Part shown: positions 29,668 to 39,287 of the stretch, in pieces
Layout: each line of letters begins with the position of its first letter
Numbering within the stretch: the stretch's first letter is position 1
Assembly: GCA_013336275.1 (NCBI GenBank)
Contig: JAAXUA010000002.1
Location: 127,904 to 191,903 of the forward strand
Length of the DNA stretch: 64,000 nucleotides
Reading direction: 5' to 3'
DNA from: Candidatus Falkowbacteria bacterium
GTDB lineage: Bacteria; Patescibacteriota; Patescibacteriia; Patescibacteriales; GWE2-39-37
Notes under the pieces: generated by a model
Databases searched by the model: none
Seen by the model: the letters and a program-made list of their open reading frames with translations, nothing else
What the model was told of the DNA's origin: nothing
Made by a program: the position numbers and the translations under genes

Positions 29668-32535
29668 ATGAGGCTTTGGAAAAGCAAGGTTATCGTAATA
29701 ACGGCGACATTGATCTTTGCCGCCAGCGTGATTATCCAGGTTGTTCTCAGTTTGGATGATTTTTTTGCGTCCAAAAAAGACGCCGGACCGGCCAAGGCTG
29801 GCGATGTTGGCCAAGTGCCGATCATTTCGGTCGATTTTTCCAAGGATTCGGGCACGATCAGCGACAAGATTTTCGGCGAGGGGGTCGAGATGCCTTTTCT
29901 GGATAACATTTGGGACAAGAATGCTGGCTTCGATCAGAACACCCTGAACGTGGCCAAGGCCATCAAATTTACCAATCTCCGTTTCGGCGGCGCCACTTGC
30001 CGCACCTATAACTGGAAGAACGAAGCCATGACGGGTTATCGGCCATATCAGAAAATCTATTGGGAAGGTATCGATCAGTGGTATCAGTACGCTAAACTGC
30101 TCGAGTTGCCGGCCCCGACTATTTGCACGAATATCCATCTGACTCCCCAGGATTCGGCCGATTGGGTCAGGTATGCCAATATCGAAAAAGGCTATGACAT
30201 CATCAACTGGGAGATGGGCAACGAAGAGTACCTGGCCTATACGAGCGTCGATGATTATCTGCGCGATGCCCGGGCTCACTGCGCTGCCATGAAGGCGGTC
30301 GACGGCAGGGTCAAGTGCGGCGTGGTCGGCGACGAGAAGGCTGTCAGCTGGACCAACGCCCAGCTGCTTTCGAAATTGAAGCCTGGCGAATTCGATTTTT
30401 TCGTAGCGCACTTCTACGAGCCGGAAAGTTATTATAATTACTACTCGCTGTACATGAACAGCGACAAATACGAGAAGAAGGTCAACCTCAAGGCCGGCAA
30501 ATACCGTTTCACCTTCTACGCCATAGGCGACCAAGCCCCGGAAAACAGCGATCCTGTTCCGACCATGCAGGTCTGTTTCGACAAGGACTGCTCCTGGACC
30601 GATGTCGCCAACACCGAACGGGGCAAGTGGGTAAAGTATTCAAGCAGGGAACATGAGGTAAAAGCCGGAGCACACACCATAACCTTCCGTTTGGCCGATG
30701 ATTATTACGGCTGGACCAGCCGCCAGGACAAGAACATCTTCGCGGCCAATATCAGCTTGGTCAATAATTTTTCCGACGAGACCAAGCTCGATTTCGTCGA
30801 TACCAAAGCCTGGACCTATTCTTTCCTTGCCTCCAATCTTTCGACTGAAGACTCGATCAAGGGCATCAGGACATTGATGGACAAATACAAGGTCCAGATG
30901 CCTATTTTCATCACCGAATACGGTTGGAGCTACGGCGTCGAGGCCTATCCGAACTGGGGGCAGCAATACGATTGGCGCTCCACCTTGTTCGATGTCTTGC
31001 ATATCCAGTCATTGATCAAAGAGGCCATTCCTCAGGCCAATATCTGGAAAGACTTGTCGACCGGCTATTGGAAGTATTTTTCCGATGATATCAAGGGCCA
31101 GAACTATTGGCCGATCTTCTCGGTCTTCAAGCTGCTGTCGGAAAAGACCGGTAATGTCTTGGTCGAAACTAAGATCGAGAACGTGCCGACCTACAATGCC
31201 CAGAAATTCCAGACCGAGGCGCGCGAGAATATCCCGTATTTATCTATAATTTCCAGCAAGAACGGAACCAAAAATTATATCAATGTGGTCAACCGGAGCC
31301 AGGACAGCGCCATCTTGGCCACGATCAGGACCAATATCGACTATACCACCGTCAAGGTTTCGGAAATTGCTCCGTCTTCGATGGAGGCTCATCCTTATCG
31401 CGACGACGGGTATAAGGAAAATATCACGACTCAGGACAAGACGTTGTCCGTGAGCGGCGATTTCAATTACAGTTTCAAGCCGTTCTCTGTGACCACTTTC
31501 GAATTCAATGTCACGGCTCCGCTGATTTCCGGCGGCTATCCGGCCAGCATCTTGCCGGCGACGGCTGACCATGCGACGTTGCGGGTAAATACTGACAAGC
31601 CGGCCAGCTGCCGCTACAGCCTCAAACCGAACGAGAGTTATCCTGCCATGGAGCGGCAGCCTTTCGTCACGGCTAATGGCGTGACCCATACGGTCACCGT
31701 GCCAGGTTTGAAGCCGGGCAAGTCTTATGAGTATTTCGTCAAATGCCAGAACGGCGGCGGCGCTTCCAACACTTCCGATTATCATATCAGATTCAGCATC
31801 GCTGCTCCGGCCAACCCGACAAGCTGCATCCTGTCTCCGGATGGAGGCAATCATTTCCGCGGCCGGAACGTCACTATAAATTGCGGGCAGAACGTCGTGG
31901 CCGCCAGCTATCAATGGGACCAGGGACCGGTGATCGAATTCAAGAACAGCACCTCGACCTGGTTTGCCGCGGACAAGAAAAGGACCCTAAACCTCAAATA
32001 CCGCTACCGCCCCAATTCTCAAGGATCGGCGGCAGAAAAACAAGTCAAAATCGCCAAAGCTTTTGACGCGAACCAGAGGTTCTGTAACATTTCTCCTGGA
32101 GGCGGCATCTTCACCCGCGAGGTCAATGTCTTCATCGAGTGTGGCAAGAACGTTAAGCGCAGCACTTGGCGCTGGGGCAACGGCCCGGTCTATAACTTCA
32201 GCCCGTCCACCGATGTGAAATTTGCCGGTGATTTTTCAAAGAGCCTGATCATCTCTTTCGCTTACGATCAGGCCAATGGCAAAGGAGTGGAGGAGAAGAT
32301 CGTCAGATTTTCCAAGAATTTCCAAGTGCCTCAGTGCGTCGATTCCGATAGCGGCAAGAACCAATTCCAGCGAGGCTCGCTGCTTTACACCGGTCAGACT
32401 ATCAAGCGCAGTTACGCTGACACCTGCAACGGCAGCGCCTTAACCGAGTATTATTGCAAAGGCGGGTTGATGGGCTTTGTCAGGATCCAGTGTCCGGACG
32501 GCTGTGCCAACGGGGCCTGTATTTCCAAAAAGTAG
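29668..32535 (+). CDS. Secreted/anchored clan GH-A glycoside hydrolase (GH51/44/79-like) with accessory domains
   Basis: N-terminal TM; LRFGG, WEMGNE (acid/base), FITEYG (nucleophile), beta-sandwich PFSVT, FN3-like domain, C-terminal Cys module. Confidence 0.8.
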   Translation: MRLWKSKVIVITATLIFAASVIIQVVLSLDDFFASKKDAGPAKAGDVGQVPIISVDFSKDSGTISDKIFGEGVEMPFLDNIWDKNAGFDQNTLNVAKAIKFTNLRFGGATCRTYNWKNEAMTGYRPYQKIYWEGIDQWYQYAKLLELPAPTICTNIHLTPQDSADWVRYANIEKGYDIINWEMGNEEYLAYTSVDDYLRDARAHCAAMKAVDGRVKCGVVGDEKAVSWTNAQLLSKLKPGEFDFFVAHFYEPESYYNYYSLYMNSDKYEKKVNLKAGKYRFTFYAIGDQAPENSDPVPTMQVCFDKDCSWTDVANTERGKWVKYSSREHEVKAGAHTITFRLADDYYGWTSRQDKNIFAANISLVNNFSDETKLDFVDTKAWTYSFLASNLSTEDSIKGIRTLMDKYKVQMPIFITEYGWSYGVEAYPNWGQQYDWRSTLFDVLHIQSLIKEAIPQANIWKDLSTGYWKYFSDDIKGQNYWPIFSVFKLLSEKTGNVLVETKIENVPTYNAQKFQTEARENIPYLSIISSKNGTKNYINVVNRSQDSAILATIRTNIDYTTVKVSEIAPSSMEAHPYRDDGYKENITTQDKTLSVSGDFNYSFKPFSVTTFEFNVTAPLISGGYPASILPATADHATLRVNTDKPASCRYSLKPNESYPAMERQPFVTANGVTHTVTVPGLKPGKSYEYFVKCQNGGGASNTSDYHIRFSIAAPANPTSCILSPDGGNHFRGRNVTINCGQNVVAASYQWDQGPVIEFKNSTSTWFAADKKRTLNLKYRYRPNSQGSAAEKQVKIAKAFDANQRFCNISPGGGIFTREVNVFIECGKNVKRSTWRWGNGPVYNFSPSTDVKFAGDFSKSLIISFAYDQANGKGVEEKIVRFSKNFQVPQCVDSDSGKNQFQRGSLLYTGQTIKRSYADTCNGSALTEYYCKGGLMGFVRIQCPDGCANGACISKK

Positions 32536-32548
32536 CTTGATAATATGG

Positions 32549-32576
32549 AAAAGGCTCCGACTAGGGGCCTTTTTTT
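32549..32576 (+). terminator. Intrinsic terminator
   Basis: aaaaggctcc-gacta-ggggcc-ttttttt. Confidence 0.7.
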
Positions 32577-32654
32577 GTTTGCGGCTTATGTGCTAAAATA
32601 GAATCAGCCCTTGGATAAAGAAAACCATGGGCGGATATAATTCAAACCAACTAT

Positions 32655-33167
32655 ATGTTCGGCAAAAAAAAGACACCAAGCGAGCTTTATTTGAGAATTT
32701 TGGATAATTTCCCCAATCCGATCTGGCGGGCCGGCACTGATGCCAAGTGTAATTTCTTCAACAAGGCCTGGCTTCAATTTACCGGACGCACCATGGACCA
32801 GGAAATGGGCGATGGTTGGGTCGAGGGCGTGCATCCGGACGAGCTCCAGGCTTGCGTAGCTGACTATCTCGAAGCCTTCAATGCCCGCCGATCTTTCAAG
32901 CTCGAGTACCGGCTGAAGCATGCTGACGGAACCTATCACTGGCTTTTGGATTTCGGCAGCCCATTCTTCGATGACGACGGCACATTTTTGGGCTACATCG
33001 GCTCCTGCTATGATGAGAACGAACTCAAGCTCAGCGTTGAAAAGACCAACAAGGATAACGCCGAGCTGGAAGAGTTGAACATCATGATGTCGGGACGTGA
33101 AAAGAAAATGATTGAACTCAAAGAGGAGATCGAGCGGCTGAAAAAGAAGTACGGCGAAGAACGATAA
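32655..33167 (+). CDS. Stand-alone PAS/PAC protein with a C-terminal coiled coil
   Basis: FFNKAWLQFTG, GDGWVEGVHPDE, EYRLKHADGTYHW; no kinase or cyclase domain. Confidence 0.9.
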   Translation: MFGKKKTPSELYLRILDNFPNPIWRAGTDAKCNFFNKAWLQFTGRTMDQEMGDGWVEGVHPDELQACVADYLEAFNARRSFKLEYRLKHADGTYHWLLDFGSPFFDDDGTFLGYIGSCYDENELKLSVEKTNKDNAELEELNIMMSGREKKMIELKEEIERLKKKYGEER

Positions 33168-33174
33168 TCATACC

Positions 33175-33214
33175 TATAACAAAACAAGCTCCGAAAGGAG
33201 CTTGTTTTGTTATA
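33175..33214. terminator. Bidirectional terminator (18-bp perfect stem, GAAA loop)
   Basis: tataacaaaacaagctcc-gaaa-ggagcttgttttgttata. Confidence 0.9.
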
Positions 33215-33220
33215 TGAGGC

Positions 33221-33721
33221 TTATTCGATTCTTACAATCTTATATTCGACGTTCTTGCTGGCGGTGATTACGCGCTTGACCTCGCCGACCGAGCCGCCGA
33301 GCAGGGCACGGCCGACTGGGGAGTTGCGGGAGATGACGTCGGAGAACGGGTCGGTTTCGGAAGAGCCCAGGATCAGGAAGGTCTTCTCTTTGCCATTGAC
33401 CTCGACCGTGACTTTACTGCCCAGCTCAACTAGCCCGGTCTTAGGTCCAGGCTTGATGATGACCGCCTGCTTGAGGTGCTCTTCCATGTCTATGACTCGC
33501 TGGTTGATACCGCGCAAGCGGCCCTTGGCCATGCTGTAGGCGGCGTTATCTGAAAAATCGCCCATCTCGGCCAACCTCTTGACTTCGGCCGCTGCCCGCG
33601 GGTGGCTGACTTTTTTCAGGCGTTCCAGCTTGGCTTTGAGCTCGTTGAACTTATCCTCTGTCATGTGAGGATCGGGCTTCAAGTGGGTGTATTTCCCGGG
33701 TTTTCTGACTGGTACTTGCAT
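33221..33721 (-). CDS. GreA/GreB-family transcription elongation factor
   Basis: GDFSDNAAY, VELGSKV, ISRNSPVGRALLG; ATG at 33721. Confidence 0.92.
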   Translation of the reverse strand: MQVPVRKPGKYTHLKPDPHMTEDKFNELKAKLERLKKVSHPRAAAEVKRLAEMGDFSDNAAYSMAKGRLRGINQRVIDMEEHLKQAVIIKPGPKTGLVELGSKVTVEVNGKEKTFLILGSSETDPFSDVISRNSPVGRALLGGSVGEVKRVITASKNVEYKIVRIE

Positions 33722-33760
33722 AAGCTTATTATATTGGCTCAGATGGGTAATGGCAAGGAT

Positions 33761-33806
33761 AAAAAAAGAGGGAAGACCCGAAACGTTATCGTTTCCAGTC
33801 TTCCCT
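33761..33806 (-). terminator. Terminator of the 33828-35147 gene
   Basis: A-tract then gagggaagac...gtcttccctc stem. Confidence 0.7.
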
Positions 33807-33827
33807 CGGTCAGGCGGGTTGCGCAAT

Positions 33828-35147
33828 TCAGTCGGCCAGACGTTCGATCCGGTCGTCGCTCATGACGGCGGTCATGATAATGCCCTGGGTTTCAGGGGAG
33901 AACTTTTCCAAGTTCATCATCATGAAGATTTCGGCCGGCATGCCGTTGACGATGGTCGCGTCGATCGTTTTTTCGGTGCAGATGCGGCGCAGTTCGGTTT
34001 CGAGCTGCTGGAGCTTTTCTTCCTCGCTGCCTTCGGTGATGTTGGTCATCTTCGGCTGGCGGAGGTGGCCGGTTTCCAGGGCATCCATGCCCAGGGATTC
34101 GCGGATCATGACCGCTTTAAGGTCGGGGCACGAAGGCAGTCCCGGGCATTCAAGGCACTTGGAAGAGTCAGTGTCTTCGCCGTCTTCCATGAGGTCGTGG
34201 ATGGAGCCGAACGGCATGCCTGGCATGCCGGCAAGCGCACCCATCATCTCCAGGGAGGTTCCGTCGAAGTCATCATCCATGATGCTGTGCAGCAGGCTGC
34301 CTAGGAGGCCGCCGATCATGGAGCCATGACCGGGTTTTTCCTCACGGAGCAGCTGCTCGAGCTTGGCCCGGAGCCGGAAATTGAGATCAAGTCCGGTCTC
34401 ATCGGCGATGTCCAGGATTTTCTGGGCCACGTCTTTGCCGCCGAAGTGGGACGACCTGATGGATTCGGCGATTCGGCCGGCCTGCCAGGTGTTGGCGAGG
34501 CCGTTGTCTTCGAGGAAGGCCAGGAGGAAACGGTGTTTCGCGGTCTGGAGGGTGAAGGCGTCGGCGATCTCGGTGGCCGAAATCACGTCGTGCTTAACCT
34601 TGGGTATAGCCAAGCTGATGATGAGGTCTTCGGCGATACGGGAATCGGTGCCGTCTTTCGAGCTGTCATCGACGATTTCGGCGAGCATCTTGATGCTGGT
34701 GGGCGTCATGGTGCGGCCGGATTGGGCTGCCAGTTCTTCGCCGCGGCTGCGGAGAAGGTCTCGGACGCGGGCGGCGTCCTCGTTGGCGTTTCCGCTTTTG
34801 ATACCTTTGCAGACGTGGTTCAGGAGCAGGATGATGCTCCGCAGGTCACGGGTACGAGCGGCGTAGCTCTCGATCAGGCGGGACCGGATGTGTCCCATGG
34901 TGATTGTCTCGAACATCTCGATGAGATCATCGATCCCGTGGACCAACAGCATGGTCTTGGCGACGTAGCAGTCGGTCAGTTCACGGAACCATTTTTCGAC
35001 GAAGATATTCGACACTTTGAGCTGCATGCACTCCTGGATGAAGCCGTGGATGGCCAAGGGGGCGACCTTGAGACGGAAGAGGTTTAAGCTTCGGATCTGT
35101 TTCTCAAGGGCCTTCTTCTTCCGGTACATCTTGAGCGTTTTCATCAT
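33828..35147 (-). CDS. Hypothetical protein
   Basis: 439 aa; GAGGAG RBS; TTGACA promoter; CLEC-x5-C cluster; GC-rich third positions. Confidence 0.75.
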   Translation of the reverse strand: MMKTLKMYRKKKALEKQIRSLNLFRLKVAPLAIHGFIQECMQLKVSNIFVEKWFRELTDCYVAKTMLLVHGIDDLIEMFETITMGHIRSRLIESYAARTRDLRSIILLLNHVCKGIKSGNANEDAARVRDLLRSRGEELAAQSGRTMTPTSIKMLAEIVDDSSKDGTDSRIAEDLIISLAIPKVKHDVISATEIADAFTLQTAKHRFLLAFLEDNGLANTWQAGRIAESIRSSHFGGKDVAQKILDIADETGLDLNFRLRAKLEQLLREEKPGHGSMIGGLLGSLLHSIMDDDFDGTSLEMMGALAGMPGMPFGSIHDLMEDGEDTDSSKCLECPGLPSCPDLKAVMIRESLGMDALETGHLRQPKMTNITEGSEEEKLQQLETELRRICTEKTIDATIVNGMPAEIFMMMNLEKFSPETQGIIMTAVMSDDRIERLAD

Positions 35148-35408
35148 GGCGTTTTTCTCCTCTTGGGGGTTGGACTTCTTGGGGTTGGCAGAAAGCTGAC
35201 AGGGCTGAATTGTGCAATTTTCAAAAAAACAATATTTTATATTAGCATATTTTGCCTAATTTGTCAACATATTTATTGCCCCGGGCCAGAACAAACGGCC
35301 CCTTGTCGGGTTATTTTGGCTAAGGTTATCACAGGAAAAATGATGTAACAAAAGGCGGTTCAAGGGGTAATATATATGCATTATTCATTATTATTAACGG
35401 TACTATAT

Positions 35409-36959
35409 ATGGAATATAGGTATTTTGTCCGTAAAATCCATCAGCCGACCCCTGAGATCGTAGCTTTGGAATTAGCCGACAGGCTGGGCCGGCCGGTTTT
35501 TGCGTTCAGGCCAGGGCAGTATGTGATGATTGCCTATACAAACGCGAAGGGCTTGCTTGAGCGCAAACATGCCTTTTCTTTGGCCAGCTCACCCACTGAA
35601 ACCGACCACATCAAGCTTGGCATTAAAGTTGGCGGGAAATTCACCCAAGGGTTGTTAGGCCTTAAGCCAGGTGACCAGGTCATCGTCAATGGCCCGTTCG
35701 GCAACTTCGTCTTCGATGAGGCCAAGCACAAGAATGCGGTCTTCTTGGCTGGCGGCATCGGCATCACGCCTTTCTACAGCGCCCTCAAATATGCCACCGA
35801 CAGGAAACTCGATAACAGGATGACTTTGCTATATAGCAACAGGACACTGGAGCGGACACTATATTACCGGGAGATCAAGGCGCTCGAAACCAAGAATAAG
35901 AATTTGCGAGCGCTGTTCTCGGTAACTGACAAGAACATCCTGCCAGTTGCCGGCAGGGTGGTGAACAAACGCCTGGACGGTCAGGTTATAAACGAATTCG
36001 TCGGTGGCCATGAAGGCAAGACTTTTTTCATCTGCGGCCCGGCGCCTTTCATGAAGGCGATGAAAGGCGATTTGCTCGGTCTCGGCGTCAAGCCGTCCCA
36101 GATCGAAATGGAGGGCTTTTCGATGATGACCGGCAGCGGCGCCTTGGCAGGCACCAAAAACGTGGCTTATGCCATGGGCTTTTCCGGCGCCTTGATGCTA
36201 GGCTCTTTCTATCTGATCGCCAATCCAGGCACTACGCCATCGCTCGATAGTCTGGAAAAGCTTGGCTTGTCCAACTACTTGTTAAACAGTGATTCGTCGC
36301 CCGAGGCGCAAGCAGCAGAAGTTCCGGTGGTGATGGCAGAGTCCGGTCTCCCGGTTTCTGATGTTTTGGCTGCAGCCGATGCCGCCGGCACAAGCACTGG
36401 GTCCGGAATATTGGCCTTGGCCGAAGTTGCCCAGGAAGCAAATGCCGCCAACACAACGGCAGCTGCTGTTCAGTTGCCAGCGGTAAAAAAAGCTGCTACG
36501 GCAACCACGGCTCCAACTCCAGCCCCGGTGACTCATGCCTCGCCGGTCAAGGAAGCTGCTGCAGTTTCTAAGTCGGCTACGCCAGCCGCAACCGCCAGCA
36601 AAACAGCGTCCGCTCCAACCCCGGTCACCTCGGCCTCGGCCCCTGCGCACACCACCCCGACCGTCACAGCCCCCACACCTGCCACACCGACTACAGCGAC
36701 TGCCCCAAGTACGGCGCCAACCCCGGTCACCTCGGCCTCTGCTCCGGCCAGTACTCCCGCTGCGCCGAGCACTCCGAGCACCCCGACTACGGCCAGCCAG
36801 CCTACTGCGCCAGCGCCGGCTCCAACTACCTCGGCGTCAGCTCCGGCCGCTTCCGGGTCCTCATCAAACACGACGCCTACCACCGTGAATACTTCGACGC
36901 CTACACCTACCACGCCAGTCAGCAGCAGGAGTAGAAGCAATGACGATGACGACGATTAA
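35409..36959 (+). CDS. Ferredoxin-NADP reductase-like FAD/NAD(P) oxidoreductase + TM + long Ala/Thr/Pro/Ser tail
   Basis: FRPGQY, HAFSLAS, GPFG, AGGIGITPF, ICGP, EGF; hydrophobic helix near 36160-36220; low-complexity tail. Confidence 0.9.
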   Translation: MEYRYFVRKIHQPTPEIVALELADRLGRPVFAFRPGQYVMIAYTNAKGLLERKHAFSLASSPTETDHIKLGIKVGGKFTQGLLGLKPGDQVIVNGPFGNFVFDEAKHKNAVFLAGGIGITPFYSALKYATDRKLDNRMTLLYSNRTLERTLYYREIKALETKNKNLRALFSVTDKNILPVAGRVVNKRLDGQVINEFVGGHEGKTFFICGPAPFMKAMKGDLLGLGVKPSQIEMEGFSMMTGSGALAGTKNVAYAMGFSGALMLGSFYLIANPGTTPSLDSLEKLGLSNYLLNSDSSPEAQAAEVPVVMAESGLPVSDVLAAADAAGTSTGSGILALAEVAQEANAANTTAAAVQLPAVKKAATATTAPTPAPVTHASPVKEAAAVSKSATPAATASKTASAPTPVTSASAPAHTTPTVTAPTPATPTTATAPSTAPTPVTSASAPASTPAAPSTPSTPTTASQPTAPAPAPTTSASAPAASGSSSNTTPTTVNTSTPTPTTPVSSRSRSNDDDDD

Positions 36960-36971
36960 ACAAACTTGCAT

Positions 36972-37376
36972 ATGAGAAAAACATTAGACACATTATTATT
37001 GACAGCGTTGGTCGCGGTTTTCGGGATCGGCGGTTACAAGCTCGGTTCCAAGAAGGAGCGGATCGAGGTGTTTGCCGCCATCCCGCCAGCCGCCGCCCCA
37101 CGGGAAAGCGGGTTGCCTCAAGCGGGCGAGGTTCAGACAGCCAATACTGAGGCGGCAACTTCAAGCGCCCCAACGGTTCCTCAAGATGTTGCGTTAAAAC
37201 CAGCCCAGGCAGCAGCCGTCCCGCCAGCTAAGCCGGCGACCACCCAAGTTTTGGGCAGCAAAGTGACCAAGACCCCAGCCCCTGTCGTACCGGCTGCACC
37301 AGCGGTCCAGCCGTCTGTTCCGGCTGTGGCACAACAGCCAGCCGCCGAACCGCAGCCGACAACCAAGGTTTCTTAG
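36972..37376 (+). CDS. Small membrane-anchored Ala/Pro-rich protein ending PTTKVS
   Basis: N-terminal hydrophobic helix; operonic position. Confidence 0.75.
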   Translation: MRKTLDTLLLTALVAVFGIGGYKLGSKKERIEVFAAIPPAAAPRESGLPQAGEVQTANTEAATSSAPTVPQDVALKPAQAAAVPPAKPATTQVLGSKVTKTPAPVVPAAPAVQPSVPAVAQQPAAEPQPTTKVS

Positions 37377-37449
37377 AACCACGCCTTCTTAATCAAATCC
37401 TAATGATTTTGAGCCCATAATCAGAATAAACAGATAAGATGAAATCCAT

Positions 37450-38382
37450 ATGACTTGGAAAAAATTCAGCGCGTTGGGCACGGAAATAATCATCAGCGCC
37501 GCCTTGAAGCCGGGGGAAGAGAATAAGATCGACTCGGCTGAAAAAGAGATCAATGATTTCGAAAAGAGATTCAGCCGCTTCATTGTCGGCAACGAGCTCT
37601 ATAAATTGAACAGTTCGGCGGCCGGAGAGTTCGAGGCCAGTCCGGTTATGTCTGATTTGTTGCGTGAGGCGAAAGGCCTCCATGAAGAGACCGGCGGTCT
37701 GTTCGATCCGACCATCATCGGCAGCCTCGAAGATATAGGTTATGACCGCAGCTTCGTGGCTGGAGCCCAGGATGAGGAGACTGAGCCGGTTGATGCTGGC
37801 AAAATCAGCAAACGGTTCGCCGCCCGTCCACGGATGTCCGAACTGGTAATCGACGGTAATTTGGTAAGAAAACCAGCCGGCCTGAGAATCGATTTGGGCG
37901 GCTTAGGCAAAGGCTATATAGTGGACCGCTTGGCCGACGGCATCTTTAAGGATGTCGAGGATTTCTGGATATCGGCCGGTGGAGATTTGGTAATCAAGGG
38001 CAACGCCGAAGGGAGTAAAGGCTGGAAGGTCGGCGTCCAGAACCCGAACAAGCCGGAGAAGGAGATTTTTTCGGTCGTTACCAAAGGGGAAAAGGTCGGT
38101 GTCGCCACCTCCGGCATATTCAAGCGCCGAGGACAGCGCGGCGGTGTGGATTGGCACCACTTGATCGACCCGCGGACAGGCTTGCCAGCCGATAATAATA
38201 TCCAAGCGGTTACGGCTATCGCCTCGAGCGCGGCCAGGGCTGACGTCCTCGCGAAGACCGTATTAATCCTGGGGGAAGAAGAGGGTCTCCGTTTCATCGA
38301 CGGGCAGCCAGACTCCGCTTGCATCATTTTTTTCAAAGACAGGGGATTGAAATTCTCCGAGAGAGCATTTAATTATTTCTGA
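37450..38382 (+). CDS. apbE: FAD:protein FMN transferase
   Basis: ALGT, FDPTI, DLGGLGKGY, GGD, ATSG, HHLIDPRTG, AD.LAK; no signal peptide visible. Confidence 0.95.
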   Translation: MTWKKFSALGTEIIISAALKPGEENKIDSAEKEINDFEKRFSRFIVGNELYKLNSSAAGEFEASPVMSDLLREAKGLHEETGGLFDPTIIGSLEDIGYDRSFVAGAQDEETEPVDAGKISKRFAARPRMSELVIDGNLVRKPAGLRIDLGGLGKGYIVDRLADGIFKDVEDFWISAGGDLVIKGNAEGSKGWKVGVQNPNKPEKEIFSVVTKGEKVGVATSGIFKRRGQRGGVDWHHLIDPRTGLPADNNIQAVTAIASSAARADVLAKTVLILGEEEGLRFIDGQPDSACIIFFKDRGLKFSERAFNYF

Positions 38383-38383
38383 T

Positions 38384-39121
38384 ATGTACAAGGTATTTGC
38401 CACAATCATTTTCTTGCTGCTGATAGGGTCGGCCGGCTTCATGTTCGGGACCAAGAACCGTGAAGTCGAGTACGTCGTGCGCGGCGGATCAGGCGTTCCG
38501 TCCTCGACGGTAGTCGTCAGCCAGTCGAACTCGGGCGAGAAGCGTCTTTGGGGGCTAGTGCCAGCCGACAAGGTCGCTAGCATCCCTTGGTATGTCTCAC
38601 GATCGGCAGCCGTTGTTTCCTACTTGGTGATGTTCCTGGTCATCCTTCTCGGGACCGGCATGACGACCGGCTTCGCTTATCGCTTGCTTGACCCGGTCAT
38701 CGCTTGGAGCACGCACCAGTATCTGGCCATATCCTTGGGGGTGACTTTGGCCGTGCACGTCATCTCTATCTATTTCGATGAGTTCATTAATTTTTCGGTG
38801 TCCGACTTGCTGGTGCCGTTCGTTTCTGATTACAAGACGGTTTATCTGGGGCTTGGCATCATCGGTTTTTACATTCTGATTCTGACCGTATTATTTTCGA
38901 TCTTCTTAAGGCTCAAATCGCCTAAATTCTGGCGGGCGACGCATTTCTTGGTGTATCCGATGTTCGCCCTGTCCCTGGTCCATGGCCTGTTCATCGGCAG
39001 CGACTCGGGCACATTGGCTATGAAGCTGGTTTACTGGGTGACGGGAGCTATTTTCGCCATCCTGCTGGCCTATAGGTTCGCCGTTTATCCGCTTAAAGCC
39101 AGGGCCCCGAAAACGCCTTGA
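38384..39121 (+). CDS. Ferric reductase-like (MsrQ-like) transmembrane cytochrome b
   Basis: WYVSRSA; four spaced His (STH, AVH, ATH, LVH); GSDS. Confidence 0.88.
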   Translation: MYKVFATIIFLLLIGSAGFMFGTKNREVEYVVRGGSGVPSSTVVVSQSNSGEKRLWGLVPADKVASIPWYVSRSAAVVSYLVMFLVILLGTGMTTGFAYRLLDPVIAWSTHQYLAISLGVTLAVHVISIYFDEFINFSVSDLLVPFVSDYKTVYLGLGIIGFYILILTVLFSIFLRLKSPKFWRATHFLVYPMFALSLVHGLFIGSDSGTLAMKLVYWVTGAIFAILLAYRFAVYPLKARAPKTP

Positions 39122-39287
39122 CTTTTTGGCCAAAAAATGCTAATTTAAAGGACAATTTAGTCTTTCGTTTGGAAGGCTATTTTTTGTTTTTTTGACAACG
39201 GAATGATCGAAATCTAATCGTATCTCATTGACTATCACACAGAGACAGTTGACAGCTGCTCGCAACCCACGAAAGGAGAAACTGCTT

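Noticed and set aside
39121-39287. Purine riboswitch upstream of guaB
   Set aside because: The aptamer core (UAUAA..GAUAUGG..GUUUCUACC) is absent; only a simple hairpin is present
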